A stretch of DNA of 64,000 nt from Gammaproteobacteria bacterium (GCA_037444685.1 JBBILX010000011.1:50459-114458), one strand, 5' to 3'. Shown: positions 26,576 to 44,132, counted from the stretch's first letter. Numbers and translations are program-made. The notes: a model not told the origin generated them from the sequence alone.

Positions 26576-27657
26576 GATCCCGTCGCAGCGACTCCACCGG
26601 CCTCTGCGCCGGCGGATTCGGCCGCCAGCACGCGCTCGCTGAGGGTCTCGGCCAAGTCGTGCACCGCCATCGCATAGCGGATGCTGTGGTTGTAGCGCGT
26701 GATGACGTGGAAGTTGCGGAAGCCGACGCGTACGTTGGGCCGATCTTCGAGCTCCGCTGGCAGCAGGATTGCCGGGGTCGAAGCCGGAACGTCCGTCGCG
26801 AAGCGGACGCCGCGCGCGCGCAGCTCGCCGACGGTGTCGCGCAATTCGAGATTGCGCGGATCGAGCGTAGCCATGAGCCCGGGATCGTCCGTGGCGGCGT
26901 CGACGAGCACCGGCTCGCCACGCCGCCAGCCGTGTACCTTGAGGTAGTTGGCGACGCTGCCGATGACATCGTCCCAGTCGGTGAACAAGTTCCGCTTCCG
27001 GTCCGCGCTACCGTCGACCGCGAAGCGACGGTAGCTCGAGGGCATGAACTGCGGTGCGCCCATCGCCCCGGCATACGAGCCGAGCGCCGTCGCCGGATCC
27101 AGGCCCTCCTCCCGCGCGAGCACCAGGAACTGTTCCAGTTCCGAGCGGAAGAAGGGGCCGCGCGGCGGGTAGTCGAATGCGAGCGTCATGAGCGCATCGA
27201 GCACGCGCCAGCGCCCCGTGATGCGTCCGTAGAAGGTCTCGACGCCAATGATCGCGACGATGTGTGCGGCCGACACGCCGGTGTCGGCTTCCGTGCGGTC
27301 GAGTTTCTCGCGGTGCTGCTCCCAGAACTGAACACCCTCTTCGATGCGCCGCTCGGTCAGAAAGTTGGCGCGGTACTCCCACCACGGCGTGACGCGCTCC
27401 GCCGGCCTGCTGATCGCGTCGAGTATGCGGGGCTGCCGCACGCCGAGCGCGAGCCACGACGTGACTTGGTCGCGCGTGAAGCTGTGCCGCTCGACGACTT
27501 CGGCAATGAACTGCTGGATGTCCGCGCGACCCAGGTCGAAACCCGATGCGGATTCGGCCTGCCCGTCGACCGCTGGGTCCGCGGCGGCCGTTGCCGGCAG
27601 CGGCATCGCGGCGACGAACACCAGGGCTGCGACGCGCAGCGGGGGCGGCAGATCCAT
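26572..27657 (-). CDS. mltB: lytic murein transglycosylase B
   Basis: IIGVETFYGR and GAMGAPQFMPSSY are present. It overlaps rlpA by 4 nt. Confidence 0.85.
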   Translation of the reverse strand: MDLPPPLRVAALVFVAAMPLPATAAADPAVDGQAESASGFDLGRADIQQFIAEVVERHSFTRDQVTSWLALGVRQPRILDAISRPAERVTPWWEYRANFLTERRIEEGVQFWEQHREKLDRTEADTGVSAAHIVAIIGVETFYGRITGRWRVLDALMTLAFDYPPRGPFFRSELEQFLVLAREEGLDPATALGSYAGAMGAPQFMPSSYRRFAVDGSADRKRNLFTDWDDVIGSVANYLKVHGWRRGEPVLVDAATDDPGLMATLDPRNLELRDTVGELRARGVRFATDVPASTPAILLPAELEDRPNVRVGFRNFHVITRYNHSIRYAMAVHDLAETLSERVLAAESAGAEAGGVAATGS

Positions 27658-27669
27658 GTGCAGGCGTCC

Positions 27670-28806
27670 CTACGTGCTCACGAGCTTCCGATGCGAGTAG
27701 AGCGACATCAGGATACCGAAGCCCGCGAGGACGGTCACCATCGAAGTCCCGCCGTAGCTCACGAGCGGCAGGGGCACGCCGACGACCGGCAGCAAGCCGC
27801 TGACCATGCCCGTGTTGATGAAGACGTAGACGAAGAACGTCAGCGCGAGACTGCCGGCGAGCAGCCGGGAGAACGTGTCGCCCATCTGCACCGCGAGGTA
27901 GAGCCCGCGGCCGACGACGAACAGATAGAGCAGCAGCAGGATCAGCGCGCCGACCAGTCCGAATTCCTCGGCGATCACCGCATAGACGAAGTCGGTGGAG
28001 CGCTCCGGCAGGAACTCGAGCTGCCCCTGGCTGCCCCTCAGCCAGCCCTTGCCGAACAAGCCGCCGGAGCCGATCGCGATTGTCGACTGGATGATGTGGT
28101 AACCGGCGCCGAGCGGATCGCTTTGCGGATCGAGCAGCATCAGCACGCGCTTGCGCTGGTAGTCGTGGAGGAAGTTCCAGCCAACGACGGCCGCGGCGAC
28201 CGCCCCCACGCCGAGTAGCGCGATGACGCGTGCAGGCAGGCCGGCGAGCAGCACGACGAGTCCGCCCGCGGCAATGATCAGCAGTCCGGTGCCGAGATCG
28301 GGCTGGACGATGGTCAGCCCGGCGGGTCCGAGCACGATCAGGGCGGCGACCAGTAGCGTGCGCAGATCCGGTGGCAGCGGACGGTCGTGCAGCCACCACG
28401 CGCAGGTCATCGGCACGGCGAGCTTCATGATTTCCGATGGCTGGAAGCGGATGAAGCCGAGATCGAGCCAGCGTTGCGCACCCTTGCCGATATAGCCGAT
28501 TAGATCGACAACCAGCAGCAGCAGCACGCCAACCGCGAACAGCCAGGGGGCGAGCCGCCGCAGGAAACCGGGCCGCAGTTGCGCGAGTGCGAGCATCGCG
28601 ACCGCGCCGATGGCGAGGCGTACCGTGCCGCGCGCCACCGCGCCCCAGTCCTGCCCTGAAGCGCTGTACAGCACCACCTGCCCATAGAGTGCGATCAGCG
28701 CAAGTCCGAGCAGCAGCGGACCGTCCAGCCTGAGCCGCGAGAGCAGACGCGCGCCCGTACCGAGCGTCCGGCTCGTTCCTCCGGCGACGCCGTCGTGGAT
28801 CATCAC
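27670..28806 (-). CDS. mrdB: peptidoglycan glycosyltransferase RodA (SEDS)
   Basis: It is a polytopic SEDS protein with FQPSEIMKLA, TDFVYAVIAEEFG and PLPLVSYGGTSM. Confidence 0.92.
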   Translation of the reverse strand: MMIHDGVAGGTSRTLGTGARLLSRLRLDGPLLLGLALIALYGQVVLYSASGQDWGAVARGTVRLAIGAVAMLALAQLRPGFLRRLAPWLFAVGVLLLLVVDLIGYIGKGAQRWLDLGFIRFQPSEIMKLAVPMTCAWWLHDRPLPPDLRTLLVAALIVLGPAGLTIVQPDLGTGLLIIAAGGLVVLLAGLPARVIALLGVGAVAAAVVGWNFLHDYQRKRVLMLLDPQSDPLGAGYHIIQSTIAIGSGGLFGKGWLRGSQGQLEFLPERSTDFVYAVIAEEFGLVGALILLLLYLFVVGRGLYLAVQMGDTFSRLLAGSLALTFFVYVFINTGMVSGLLPVVGVPLPLVSYGGTSMVTVLAGFGILMSLYSHRKLVST

Positions 28807-30725
28807 TCGCCTCCCGTCACCGCCGCCGGCATCGTTGCCGGTGCCGGCTCGTCGAACTTGCGCAGCAGATACGCGTCCATCACGCGGCGCGCGATCGGCG
28901 CGGCGGTGCCGCTGCCGCTGCGGCCGTTCTCGACCAACACGGCAATGGCGATCTTCGGATCATCGGCTGGCGCAAAGGCGACGAACCAGGCGTGATCGCG
29001 CAGCCTTTCGTCGATGGATTTCTCGTCGTATTTCTCGTTCTGAGCGACTGTGAACACCTGGGCCGTGCCAGTCTTGCCTGCGATCCGGTAGGGCGCCCCC
29101 TGTGCGCTCCGCGACGCCGTTCCGCCCTGCATGACGGCCAGCATGCCGTCGATGGCCACCTGCCAGTTCTCCGGCGAGGCCACCGCGACGGTCGGGAGCG
29201 GCTTCGGCATCAGCTGCTCGACCGCGCCGGTCACCGGATCGCGGATCGCCGTGACGAGCCGCGGCTGAAAGTTCTTGCCGCGGGCGCCGATGATCGCGGT
29301 CATGTGCGCGAGCTGCAGCGGCGTGGCGAGCATGAAACCCTGGCCGATGCCGAAGATCACGGTTTCGCCGGGGAACCATACCTGGTCCTGTTTGCGCGAG
29401 AAGGCTCTGCGTTTCCATTCGGGCGAGGGCAGCAGACCACCCTTCTCGCCGCCGATGTCTATGCCGACCGGTGCCCCGAGACCGAAGTGGCCGAGGAACT
29501 CGGCCAGCCGGTTCGGACCGAGCTCCGCGGCGAGACCGTAGAAATAGACGTCGCAGGACTGCGCGATGGCCTGCACCATGGCCACCCGGCCATGCCCGCG
29601 TGGCTTCCAGTCGCGAAACCGGTGACTGCTGCCCGGCAACATGAAGTAGCCGCCGCAGGCGACCGATTCGAGCGGTGTCTTCACGCCATACGTCAGTCCC
29701 GCGAGCGCGACCAGCGGTTTTATCGTCGAGCCGGGCGGGTAGACCCCGCGCAGAGCGCGATTGAAGAGCGGCCTGTCGATGTCGGTGGTGAGGGCCGCGA
29801 ACTCGCTGCGCGTGAGGCCACGCGCGAAGCCGTTGGGGTCGAAACCGGGCCGGCTCACGAGCGCGATGATGTCGCCGTTGTTCGGATCGATCGCGACGAT
29901 CGCGGCGCGCTGGTCCCAGACAGCCTTTTCGGCGACACGCTGCACAGGCAAATCGATGCTGAGCAGCAGTTCGCGGCCCGGCACCGGCGCGATGCTGTTG
30001 AGCCGCGGGGCGAGCGGTCCGACGCGCTCGACGGACCGGCCCCGTGCGTTGACGAGCATCTCGCGACTGCCATTGCGGCCGTGCAGCGCATCTTCGTACG
30101 CGGCCTCGATCCCGAGCTTGCCGATCGTCGATGTCCCAGCGTAGGCGGCCCGGTCGATGCGTTCGAGGTCGCGCTCGCTCAGCGCGCCGACGTGGCCGAG
30201 CGCATGCACGGCGATCTCTCCTTCAGGGTAGTAGCGGGCCAGTCGGGTGGCGATATCGACGCCCTCGAACTCGAAGCGGCGCACGGCGAAGCGGGCGATG
30301 TCCTCGTCGGTGAGCCGCAGCCGGATCGGCACCGGCTCAAACGGGCGGCGCGCATTGATCAGCCGCCGCGTATCGTCGAGATCCTCGGCCGCCAGCAGAC
30401 CCGCTTCGACGAGCCGCGCGAGCGTAGCATCGAGATCCGGCACCTGCTCGCGCACGAGCTCGAGCTGATAGGCGGGGCGGTTCTCGGCGAGAATCGCGCC
30501 GGTGCGATCGTAGATCGCGCCGCGCGGCGCGGGGATCGGTTCGATCTTGATCCGGTTCCCCTGCGACAGTTCGGTGTAATAGTCATAACGGACGACCTGC
30601 AACCAGAAGAGGCGGCCGACGAGCAAGCCGAACAGGAGCACGATCAGGCCGACCGCGATCAGCACGCGCTGCTCGAACAGTCGCTGCTCGCCCCAGAAAT
30701 CCTTGATGGTTGTGCGCGCAGGCAT
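28803..30725 (-). CDS. mrdA: penicillin-binding protein 2 (elongasome transpeptidase)
   Basis: RGAIYDRTG, STIKP (SxxK) and KTGTAQV (KTG) are present. I chose the internal ATG at 30725 (MPARTTIKDFWGEQR), downstream of the mreD stop. Confidence 0.92.
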   Translation of the reverse strand: MPARTTIKDFWGEQRLFEQRVLIAVGLIVLLFGLLVGRLFWLQVVRYDYYTELSQGNRIKIEPIPAPRGAIYDRTGAILAENRPAYQLELVREQVPDLDATLARLVEAGLLAAEDLDDTRRLINARRPFEPVPIRLRLTDEDIARFAVRRFEFEGVDIATRLARYYPEGEIAVHALGHVGALSERDLERIDRAAYAGTSTIGKLGIEAAYEDALHGRNGSREMLVNARGRSVERVGPLAPRLNSIAPVPGRELLLSIDLPVQRVAEKAVWDQRAAIVAIDPNNGDIIALVSRPGFDPNGFARGLTRSEFAALTTDIDRPLFNRALRGVYPPGSTIKPLVALAGLTYGVKTPLESVACGGYFMLPGSSHRFRDWKPRGHGRVAMVQAIAQSCDVYFYGLAAELGPNRLAEFLGHFGLGAPVGIDIGGEKGGLLPSPEWKRRAFSRKQDQVWFPGETVIFGIGQGFMLATPLQLAHMTAIIGARGKNFQPRLVTAIRDPVTGAVEQLMPKPLPTVAVASPENWQVAIDGMLAVMQGGTASRSAQGAPYRIAGKTGTAQVFTVAQNEKYDEKSIDERLRDHAWFVAFAPADDPKIAIAVLVENGRSGSGTAAPIARRVMDAYLLRKFDEPAPATMPAAVTGGE

Positions 30726-30741
30726 GGCCGAATCCAGCGCG

Positions 30742-31218
30742 CTAGAGTGGACGATGCAGCCGGCCGAGGACTCCTGCCACCACGAACCAGCACAGTGCGC
30801 TGACCGGCAGATGCAGCCAGCGGCTGGCTCCGCGCATGCTCGAACCGGCCCAGCCGTCAATCATCCACAGCACCACTTCCCAGAGCGTCAGAAGCAGCGC
30901 AGCGAATAGCATCAGCTCGAGTGGCGGACGATAGCGCACGAGCAGATGCTGGCGGATCGCGATGTAGCCGACCAGCGCCGTCGCCAGCGCGAACTGGCCG
31001 AGTACGGCGCCCTTGAAGACATCGAGTGCGAGGCCGGCGAGGAATGCGAGCGTCAGTCCGCCAGCGCGCGGTGCCATCAGGGACCACCAGATCACGATGA
31101 GCACCAGCACGGCCGGTCGTGCCGGGGCGATCGGTGCCGGCAGCGGCAGGGTCTGCAGCAGCAGACCGACGAGAGCGGTCGCGACGACGAGTCCACGTGG
31201 TTCGCTGTCCCGGCTCAT
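30742..31218 (-). CDS. mreD: rod shape-determining protein MreD
   Basis: It is a small polytopic membrane protein between mreC and mrdA. It overlaps mreC by 4 nt. Confidence 0.8.
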   Translation of the reverse strand: MSRDSEPRGLVVATALVGLLLQTLPLPAPIAPARPAVLVLIVIWWSLMAPRAGGLTLAFLAGLALDVFKGAVLGQFALATALVGYIAIRQHLLVRYRPPLELMLFAALLLTLWEVVLWMIDGWAGSSMRGASRWLHLPVSALCWFVVAGVLGRLHRPL

Positions 31219-32270
31219 CGTGCCGGCTCCGCGGGGACGCCGTCCGGGGTCGCGGAAGGTGTGTTGCGTGGTCGGCTGGCCAGTGGCTCGGGCGATCGGG
31301 GATTTGCCGAGGCATCCGACGGTGGTGCGGTCGGCCTGGCCGGCGAGGTCGTGGGGATCGGGGCGAGACCGAGACTCCTGGCGGCCGCCGCGTCCGGCGA
31401 CTCGACGGCGGGGGCTGCCGGATGTGCCTCGCGGAACCAGATGAACATCACTTCGCGATCGCGGTCGAGGGTGGCGAGCGGGCGGGCGCGGACTTGCGCG
31501 AGCGGTGAGCCGCCGCCTCGGTCAACGGCGACGACGATCGCGACCGGGAAACCCGCTGGAAAGACTCCGCCGAGACCCGAGGTGACGAGCTCGTCGCCGA
31601 TGCGGATGTCGGACTGGATTGGCAGGTACGGCAGCAGCAGCACATCGGGCTCGCCCGAGCCGACGGCCACGGTGCGCAGGCCGTTGCGCACCACCTGCAC
31701 CGGCACCGCGTGCTCGGGGTCCGTGACGAGGATGACCTCGCTGCTCCACGGACCGACCCGCAGCGTCTGGCCGAGCAGCCCGGCCCGCGCCAGGACTGCC
31801 TGCCCCTTGAAGACACCATGTTCAGCGCCGCGGTTGATGACGAGCCGCTGCCGCAGTGAGCTCGACTCGACGTTGATGACTTCGCCGGGCAGCCACTTTT
31901 CCGCCACCGCCGGCAGCGCGGCGCGCAGGCCGCGCAACTCGGCGTTCTCGCGCTCGAGCGCCGCGATCCGCGCCGTGCGCAGCTCGAGCTCGCGCAGTTC
32001 GCGCCGCAACGCTGCGTTCTCCTGCTGGAGCCGCGCACGCGACTCGAAGAGCTCGCTGGTCCAGCGCCAGGCGGCGGCCGGTGAGCTGACGGCGAGCTGC
32101 AGCGGATAGGCGGCGGCCTGCAGTCCGTAGCGGACGAGCTCGAGCCAACCGCTGGTGCGGTCGAGATACATGAGCACGACCGAGAGAATCGCGTAGACGA
32201 AGAAGCGGAAGCCCGGCGCCGGCCCGCGCTGTGGCAGTGATCGGCTCGCGCGTATCCCGACGTTGGCCAC
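31215..32270 (-). CDS. mreC: rod shape-determining protein MreC
   Basis: It has an N-terminal TM segment, a coiled coil (LQQENAALRRELRELE), VVTSGLGGVFPAGFPVA, and a Pro/Ala-rich tail. Confidence 0.88.
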   Translation of the reverse strand: MANVGIRASRSLPQRGPAPGFRFFVYAILSVVLMYLDRTSGWLELVRYGLQAAAYPLQLAVSSPAAAWRWTSELFESRARLQQENAALRRELRELELRTARIAALERENAELRGLRAALPAVAEKWLPGEVINVESSSLRQRLVINRGAEHGVFKGQAVLARAGLLGQTLRVGPWSSEVILVTDPEHAVPVQVVRNGLRTVAVGSGEPDVLLLPYLPIQSDIRIGDELVTSGLGGVFPAGFPVAIVVAVDRGGGSPLAQVRARPLATLDRDREVMFIWFREAHPAAPAVESPDAAAARSLGLAPIPTTSPARPTAPPSDASANPRSPEPLASRPRNTPSATPDGVPAEPAR

Positions 32271-32282
32271 TACCGAGGGGGG

Positions 32283-33410
<1,128 letters not shown>

Positions 33411-33452
33411 TCATTCCGGCGCGGTTTTTCCGCGGTTTTTGCAGCATTTCAC

Positions 33453-33743
33453 ATGAGCCTCACCCGCGCCGACATCGAACGCATCGCGCACCTTGCGCGT
33501 TTGAACCTGACCGAGGCCGAGATTCCGGTCTATGTCGATTCGCTGTCGAGGATCGTCGACTTCGTCAGCGAACTCGAGCGGGCCGACACCGGGGGCATCA
33601 CGCCGATGGCTCACCCGCTGCCCGGTCTCAGGCAACGACTGCGCGCCGATGTCGTCGACGAGAGCAACCGGCGGGATCTCTACCAGCGCAACGCGCCGGC
33701 GACGCAAGCCGGGCTGTACCTCGTGCCGAAGGTGATCGAGTGA
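33453..33743 (+). CDS. gatC: Asp/Glu-tRNA amidotransferase subunit C
   Basis: [23 protein letters not shown] is present. It overlaps gatA by 4 nt. Confidence 0.9.
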   Translation: MSLTRADIERIAHLARLNLTEAEIPVYVDSLSRIVDFVSELERADTGGITPMAHPLPGLRQRLRADVVDESNRRDLYQRNAPATQAGLYLVPKVIE

Positions 33744-35200
33744 CTCTCCACACCCGCACTGTCGCCGAACTCGGACAGGGTTTGCGGCGCCGCGAATACT
33801 CGGCCGTGGAACTCGCGCAAGCCTGCTTGGGCCGGCTCGAGTCGGCGCAGGTCGAGCTCAACGCCATGATCACCATCACGGCCGAACAGGCGCTTGCCGA
33901 GGCCGCCGCGGCCGACGCCGCTCTCGCCGCCGGCCGGGCGGGACCGTTGGCCGGTATCCCACTGGTACACAAGGACATTTTCTGCACCGAGGGCGTGCTG
34001 ACCTCGTGCGGATCGAAGATGCTCGCGAACTTCGTGTCGCCCTACGACGCGACCGTGGTCGCCCGTCTGAAGGCCGCCGGCACGGTCATGCTCGGCAAGG
34101 CCAACATGGACGAATTCGCGATGGGTTCGTCGAACGAGACGAGTTTCTTTGGGCCGGTGCGCAACCCCTGGGATCCGCGCAGGGTTCCCGGTGGCTCCTC
34201 GGGCGGCTCGGCGGCGGCCGTCGCGGCCCGGCTGGTGCCGGCTGCCACGGCGACCGACACGGGTGGCTCGATCCGCCAGCCTGCCGCGCTCTGCGGCGTC
34301 ACCGGTCTCAAACCCACCTATGGCCGCGTCTCGCGCTACGGCATGATCGCCTTCGCCTCCAGCCTCGATCAGGGCGGGGTCATCACGCAGACCGCCGAGG
34401 ATGCCGCGCTGATGCTCGGCGCGATGGCTGGCTTCGACCCGCGTGACTCGACCAGCGTCGACATGCCGGTGCCGGACTACTGCGCCACGCTCGCGCGGCC
34501 GCTCGAGGGGCTCCGCATCGGCATCGTGCGCGAGTTCTTCGACGAGGGGCTCGACCCGGTCTGCGAGCAGCCGATCCGTGCGGCGCTCGCCGAGTACGAA
34601 CGCCAGGGGGCTCTCCTGCGGGAGGTCAGTTGCCCGAACCTGCCGCTCTCGGTGCCGACCTACTACGTGGTCGCTCCGGCCGAGTGCTCTTCGAATCTCG
34701 CGCGCTTCGACGGCGTGCGCTTCGGCCATCGCTGCGAGCGTCCGCGCGACCTCATGGACCTCTACACGCGCTCGCGCGGCGAGGGTTTCGGCGCCGAGGT
34801 CAAGCGCCGCATCATGACCGGCACTTACGTGCTCTCGGCCGGCTATTACGACGCCTATTACCTCAAGGCGCAGCGCGTCCGGCAGCTGATCAGCCAGGAT
34901 TTCGCGCGCGCGTTCGAGCAGGTCGACCTGCTCGCGGGGCCGACGTCGCCGACCCCAGCTTTCGCGCTCGGCGCCAAGGTCTCGGATCCGATCACCATGT
35001 ACCTCAACGATATCTACACGATCGGCGCCAATCTCGCAGGCCTGCCCGGTCTCTCGATCCCGTGCGGCTTCGTCGGCGGCCTGCCGGTCGGCTTGCAGCT
35101 CATCGGCCCTCACTTCTCCGAGGCGCTGCTGCTCAACGCCGCGCACCGCTACCAGCTCGAGACCGACTGGCACCGCCGCGTGCCGTCGGCCTGGGCCTGA
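33740..35200 (+). CDS. gatA: Asp/Glu-tRNA amidotransferase subunit A
   Basis: It carries the amidase signature [13 protein letters not shown]...[12 protein letters not shown]. Confidence 0.95.
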   Translation: MTLHTRTVAELGQGLRRREYSAVELAQACLGRLESAQVELNAMITITAEQALAEAAAADAALAAGRAGPLAGIPLVHKDIFCTEGVLTSCGSKMLANFVSPYDATVVARLKAAGTVMLGKANMDEFAMGSSNETSFFGPVRNPWDPRRVPGGSSGGSAAAVAARLVPAATATDTGGSIRQPAALCGVTGLKPTYGRVSRYGMIAFASSLDQGGVITQTAEDAALMLGAMAGFDPRDSTSVDMPVPDYCATLARPLEGLRIGIVREFFDEGLDPVCEQPIRAALAEYERQGALLREVSCPNLPLSVPTYYVVAPAECSSNLARFDGVRFGHRCERPRDLMDLYTRSRGEGFGAEVKRRIMTGTYVLSAGYYDAYYLKAQRVRQLISQDFARAFEQVDLLAGPTSPTPAFALGAKVSDPITMYLNDIYTIGANLAGLPGLSIPCGFVGGLPVGLQLIGPHFSEALLLNAAHRYQLETDWHRRVPSAWA

Positions 35201-35210
35201 GGGGCGCGCC

Positions 35211-36647
35211 ATGGAGTGGGAGAGCGTCATCGGCCTCGAGATCCACGCGCAGCTCGCCACGCGCTCGAAGATCTTCTCCGGTTCGGCGACCGCCTATGGA
35301 GCCGAGCCGAACACCCAGGCCAACCTCGTCGACCTCGGTTACCCCGGAGTGCTGCCGGTGCTGAACGGCGAAGCGGTGCGCATGGCGGTCAAGTTCGGTC
35401 TGGCGATCCGCGCGCAGATCGCGCCGCGTTCGGTATTCGCGCGCAAGAACTACTTCTACCCCGATCTGCCGAAGGGCTACCAGATCAGTCAGTACGAGCT
35501 GCCCATCGTCGCCCGCGGCGAGCTGACGATCGTGCTCGACGATGGCACGCGCAAGCGCATCGGCATCACTCGCGCTCACCTCGAGGAGGACGCCGGCAAG
35601 TCGCTGCATGAGGGACTGCCGGGCGCGACGGGGATCGACCTCAACCGCGCCGGCACGCCACTGATCGAGATCGTCAGCGAGCCGGACCTGCGCTCGGCGA
35701 AAGAGGCGGTCGCCTACATGAAGAAGGTGCACACCCTCGTGCGCTACCTCGAGATCTGCGACGGCAACATGCAGGAGGGTTCGTTCCGCTGCGATGCCAA
35801 CGTCTCGGTGCGGCCGAAGGGCAGCGACAGGTTCGGCACCCGCGCCGAGATCAAGAACCTCAACTCGTTCCGTTTTGTCGAGAAGGCGATCAACTACGAG
35901 ATCGAGCGGCAGATCGAGCTGCTCGAGTCGGGCGGCCAGGTCATGCAGGAAACGCGGCTCTATGACCCCGACAGGGGCGAGACGCGCTCGATGCGCTCTA
36001 AGGAGGAGGCGAACGACTACCGCTACTTCCCGGATCCCGACCTGCTGCCCCTCGAGCTCGATCCCGAATACATCGAGGCGGTCCGTGCCGACCTGCCGGA
36101 GCTGCCCGACGAGAAAGCCGCGCGGTTCATGCGCGACTACGGCCTCTCCGAGTACGACGCCGGGGTGCTGACGGCGAGTCGCGAGCTCGCGTCCTTCTAC
36201 GAAGAGGTGGTCGGCCGTCTCGGCGGCGAGCCCAAGCTCGCGGCCAACTGGGTCATGGGCGACCTTGCAGGCTTCCTGAACCGGGACGGGCTCGAGATTG
36301 CCGCGAGCCGCGTCAGCGCCGCGCAGCTCGCCGGGCTGCTGGCGCGGATTCGCGACAACACGATCTCGGGCAAGATCGCCAAGGAAGTGTTCGAGGCAAT
36401 GTGGACCGATTCGAGCGACGCCGACGCGGTGATCGAGGCGAGAGGGCTGCGGCAGATCACCGACATCGGCGCGATCGAGCGCGCGATCGACGAGGTCATG
36501 GCGAAGAACCCCACGCAGCTCGCCGAGTACCGTGCCGGCAAGGACAAGCTCTTCGGTTTCTTCGTCGGTCAGGTCATGAAGGCAACCGGCGGCAAGGCCA
36601 ATCCGGCGCAGCTCAACGAGCTGCTCAAGAGGAAGCTCGCGCCTTGA
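35211..36647 (+). CDS. gatB: Asp/Glu-tRNA amidotransferase subunit B
   Basis: [28 protein letters not shown] and [11 protein letters not shown] are present. Confidence 0.95.
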   Translation: MEWESVIGLEIHAQLATRSKIFSGSATAYGAEPNTQANLVDLGYPGVLPVLNGEAVRMAVKFGLAIRAQIAPRSVFARKNYFYPDLPKGYQISQYELPIVARGELTIVLDDGTRKRIGITRAHLEEDAGKSLHEGLPGATGIDLNRAGTPLIEIVSEPDLRSAKEAVAYMKKVHTLVRYLEICDGNMQEGSFRCDANVSVRPKGSDRFGTRAEIKNLNSFRFVEKAINYEIERQIELLESGGQVMQETRLYDPDRGETRSMRSKEEANDYRYFPDPDLLPLELDPEYIEAVRADLPELPDEKAARFMRDYGLSEYDAGVLTASRELASFYEEVVGRLGGEPKLAANWVMGDLAGFLNRDGLEIAASRVSAAQLAGLLARIRDNTISGKIAKEVFEAMWTDSSDADAVIEARGLRQITDIGAIERAIDEVMAKNPTQLAEYRAGKDKLFGFFVGQVMKATGGKANPAQLNELLKRKLAP

Positions 36648-36663
36648 ACGCCGATCGAGCGCG

Positions 36664-37563
36664 ATGACCGGCGGGCCGACCGATCGCGACGTGGTGCGAC
36701 GCTTCGTGGTCGAGAACCAGGCCGTGCGTGGCGAGTTCGTGCGCCTCGACGCGGCATGGGGCGCGCTGCGCGAGCACGCCGACTATCCGGAACCCGTCCG
36801 CGAGCTGCTCGGCGAGGCGACTGCAGCCGCCGTGCTGCTCGCGTCGACGCTGAAGTTCGAGGGCAGTCTGACGCTCGAGCTCAAGTCCGATGCGGCCGTG
36901 CGCCTGCTGGTGGCGCAATGCACGCACGACTTCCGGATTCGCGGCGTCGCGCGTTTCGACGCGCAACGCGTGGCCGCCGACTTCGACTCGCTGGCCGGCG
37001 GCGGCTACATGACCGTGACGGTGGACACCGAGGAGACCGGCGCACGCTATCAGGGTATCGTGGCGGTCGACGGCGGCTCGCTCTCCGCGTCGCTCGAGCA
37101 CTATTTCGCAAGCTCGGAGCAGCTGCCGACCTGCCTGCGCCTGGTCGCCGACGAGCACGGCGCGAGCGGACTGCTGATCCAGCGCATGCCGGGTGAGGGT
37201 GGGCACGACGCGCCGCGTGAGGCGCAACAGACCTGGGAGCGGGCCCATGACGCGCTGCTCGGCCTGGAGCCCGCGGCGCTGCTCTACGAGCCACCCGAGA
37301 CCTTGCTGCGGCAGTGCTTCGCCGGGCTAGACCTGCGGCTGTTCGCGGGGCAGCCTGTCGAGTTCCGTTGCCGCTGCGACCGGCCGCGCGTGCAGACCAT
37401 CCTGCGCTCTCTCGGCGAGTCCGAGGTGCGCGAATTGCTCGCCGAACAAGGGGCCGTCACGGTGACCTGCGAGTTCTGCAGCAAGCCCTACCGCTTCGAC
37501 AGCATTGACGTCGAGCAGCTGTTTGCGGCGGCTACTGCGCCGGGCAGCGATCGCCTGAACTGA
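36664..37563 (+). CDS. hslO: redox-regulated chaperone Hsp33
   Basis: It has the C-terminal zinc centre CRCDRPRV...CEFCSKPY. Confidence 0.9.
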   Translation: MTGGPTDRDVVRRFVVENQAVRGEFVRLDAAWGALREHADYPEPVRELLGEATAAAVLLASTLKFEGSLTLELKSDAAVRLLVAQCTHDFRIRGVARFDAQRVAADFDSLAGGGYMTVTVDTEETGARYQGIVAVDGGSLSASLEHYFASSEQLPTCLRLVADEHGASGLLIQRMPGEGGHDAPREAQQTWERAHDALLGLEPAALLYEPPETLLRQCFAGLDLRLFAGQPVEFRCRCDRPRVQTILRSLGESEVRELLAEQGAVTVTCEFCSKPYRFDSIDVEQLFAAATAPGSDRLN

Positions 37564-37600
37564 GCCGCCCGCCCCCGCTCGCCTCTCAACTTCGCAGAAG

Positions 37601-37677
37601 GGTCTAATTTAAATCAAGTATATCAATATCTTAAAAGCACTCTTGCAAACTTTCGCAATTGTACATAGTTTATATCA

Positions 37678-37680
<3 letters not shown>
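37601..37680 (+). promoter_or_regulatory. AT-rich promoter/operator island upstream of the SahR-like regulator-metF-metH genes
   Basis: This is the only strongly AT-rich stretch in the window. TATATCAAT occurs twice (37619-37627, 37671-37679), and the first copy forms tandem hexamers ATATCA-ATATCT. A TTGCAA (37643-48) - 17 bp - TAGTTT (37666-71) promoter-like pair ends 6 nt before the ATG at 37678. There is no Shine-Dalgarno sequence. Confidence 0.4.
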
Positions 37681-39493
<1,813 letters not shown>

Positions 39494-39627
39494 GGGCGGC
39501 GCGGCGTCACGAGTGCGGCCTTCTGCACCACCCGGGCTGTCGATGCAGGCCGGTTGTGACGGTCGCGCCGCGGGCGCTCGAGCCCCCCGCGACGTCGGCG
39601 CCGGGCGGCGGCGTGCGTGCGAGCGCC

Positions 39628-43347
<3,720 letters not shown>

Positions 43348-43350
43348 TCG

Positions 43351-44100
43351 CTATCTCGGGGCGCCGCCCTGCGGCGGAGCGGTGGGCCGCTCGAGTTGCT
43401 CGAGGTAGGCCGTGCCGCCCAACGCCCGCATCTGCGCCTCGACGAAGGCGGCGCGGCGCCGCACGTAGTGCGAGGGGCGCGCGAGGCTGAACCGGACCGG
43501 ATTCGGCAGCACGGCCGCCATCAGCGCGGCCTGCGAGCGTGACAGCCTCGCGGCCGGCCGGCCGAAGTAGGTGCGTGCGGCAGCCTCCGCGCCGTAGACG
43601 CGCGGCCCGAACTCCGCGACGTTGAGGTAGATCTCGAGGATCCGCTGCTTGCTCCAGGTCGCCTCGATGAGAACGGTGAACCACGCCTCGAGGCCCTTGC
43701 GGAAGTAACTGCGCCCCCTCCAAAGGAACAGGTTCTTCGCGACCTGCTGCGTAATCGTGCTCGCGCCACGCACGCGCTTCGAACGGGCATTGTCGCGGAT
43801 GGCTGCGCGGATCGACTGCAGATCGAAGCCCGAGTGGAACGGAAACAGCTGGTCCTCTGCGGCGATGACGGCGAGCGCCACGTGCGGCGAGATCGCGTCG
43901 AGGTCGCGCCAGTCGTGGCGGTTCGACGCGCGCCAGTCGCCGTCGAGCGCCGCGTCGAGCCGCGCGCCGATCATGAACGCGCTGGTCCAGGGGTCGATCC
44001 AGCGCAGCGCGATCACTGGCAGCGCCGTCACGGCCACGAAGGCGAGCAGAGCGAGCGCGAGCGCGCGGGCGATGCGGCCGCGCGCTCGCGACAGCCGCAT
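43351..44100 (-). CDS. mtgA: monofunctional peptidoglycan glycosyltransferase
   Basis: AAEDQLFPFHSGFD, GASTITQQVAKNLFL and RILEIYLNVAEFG are present. I chose the internal ATG at 44100. Confidence 0.88.
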   Translation of the reverse strand: MRLSRARGRIARALALALLAFVAVTALPVIALRWIDPWTSAFMIGARLDAALDGDWRASNRHDWRDLDAISPHVALAVIAAEDQLFPFHSGFDLQSIRAAIRDNARSKRVRGASTITQQVAKNLFLWRGRSYFRKGLEAWFTVLIEATWSKQRILEIYLNVAEFGPRVYGAEAAARTYFGRPAARLSRSQAALMAAVLPNPVRFSLARPSHYVRRRAAFVEAQMRALGGTAYLEQLERPTAPPQGGAPR

Positions 44101-44132
44101 CGAGAGGGAACCGCCCGAGGACGCGCTGCGGA

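Noticed and set aside
27008-28399. A 463-aa - strand ORF overlapping mltB and rodA in another frame
   Set aside because: It is an out-of-frame shadow with an Arg/Ala/Pro/Gly-rich translation. The RodA and MltB frames carry the family motifs.
39494-39627. A possible SAH riboswitch in front of metH
   Set aside because: I could not find the conserved core I remember (GAGGAGCGCUGC ... CAGGCUCGG ... AACGGCGCUCA). The complementary GGCGCTCG/CGAGCGCC pair is in the wrong order for that fold. It needs cmscan to be definitive.
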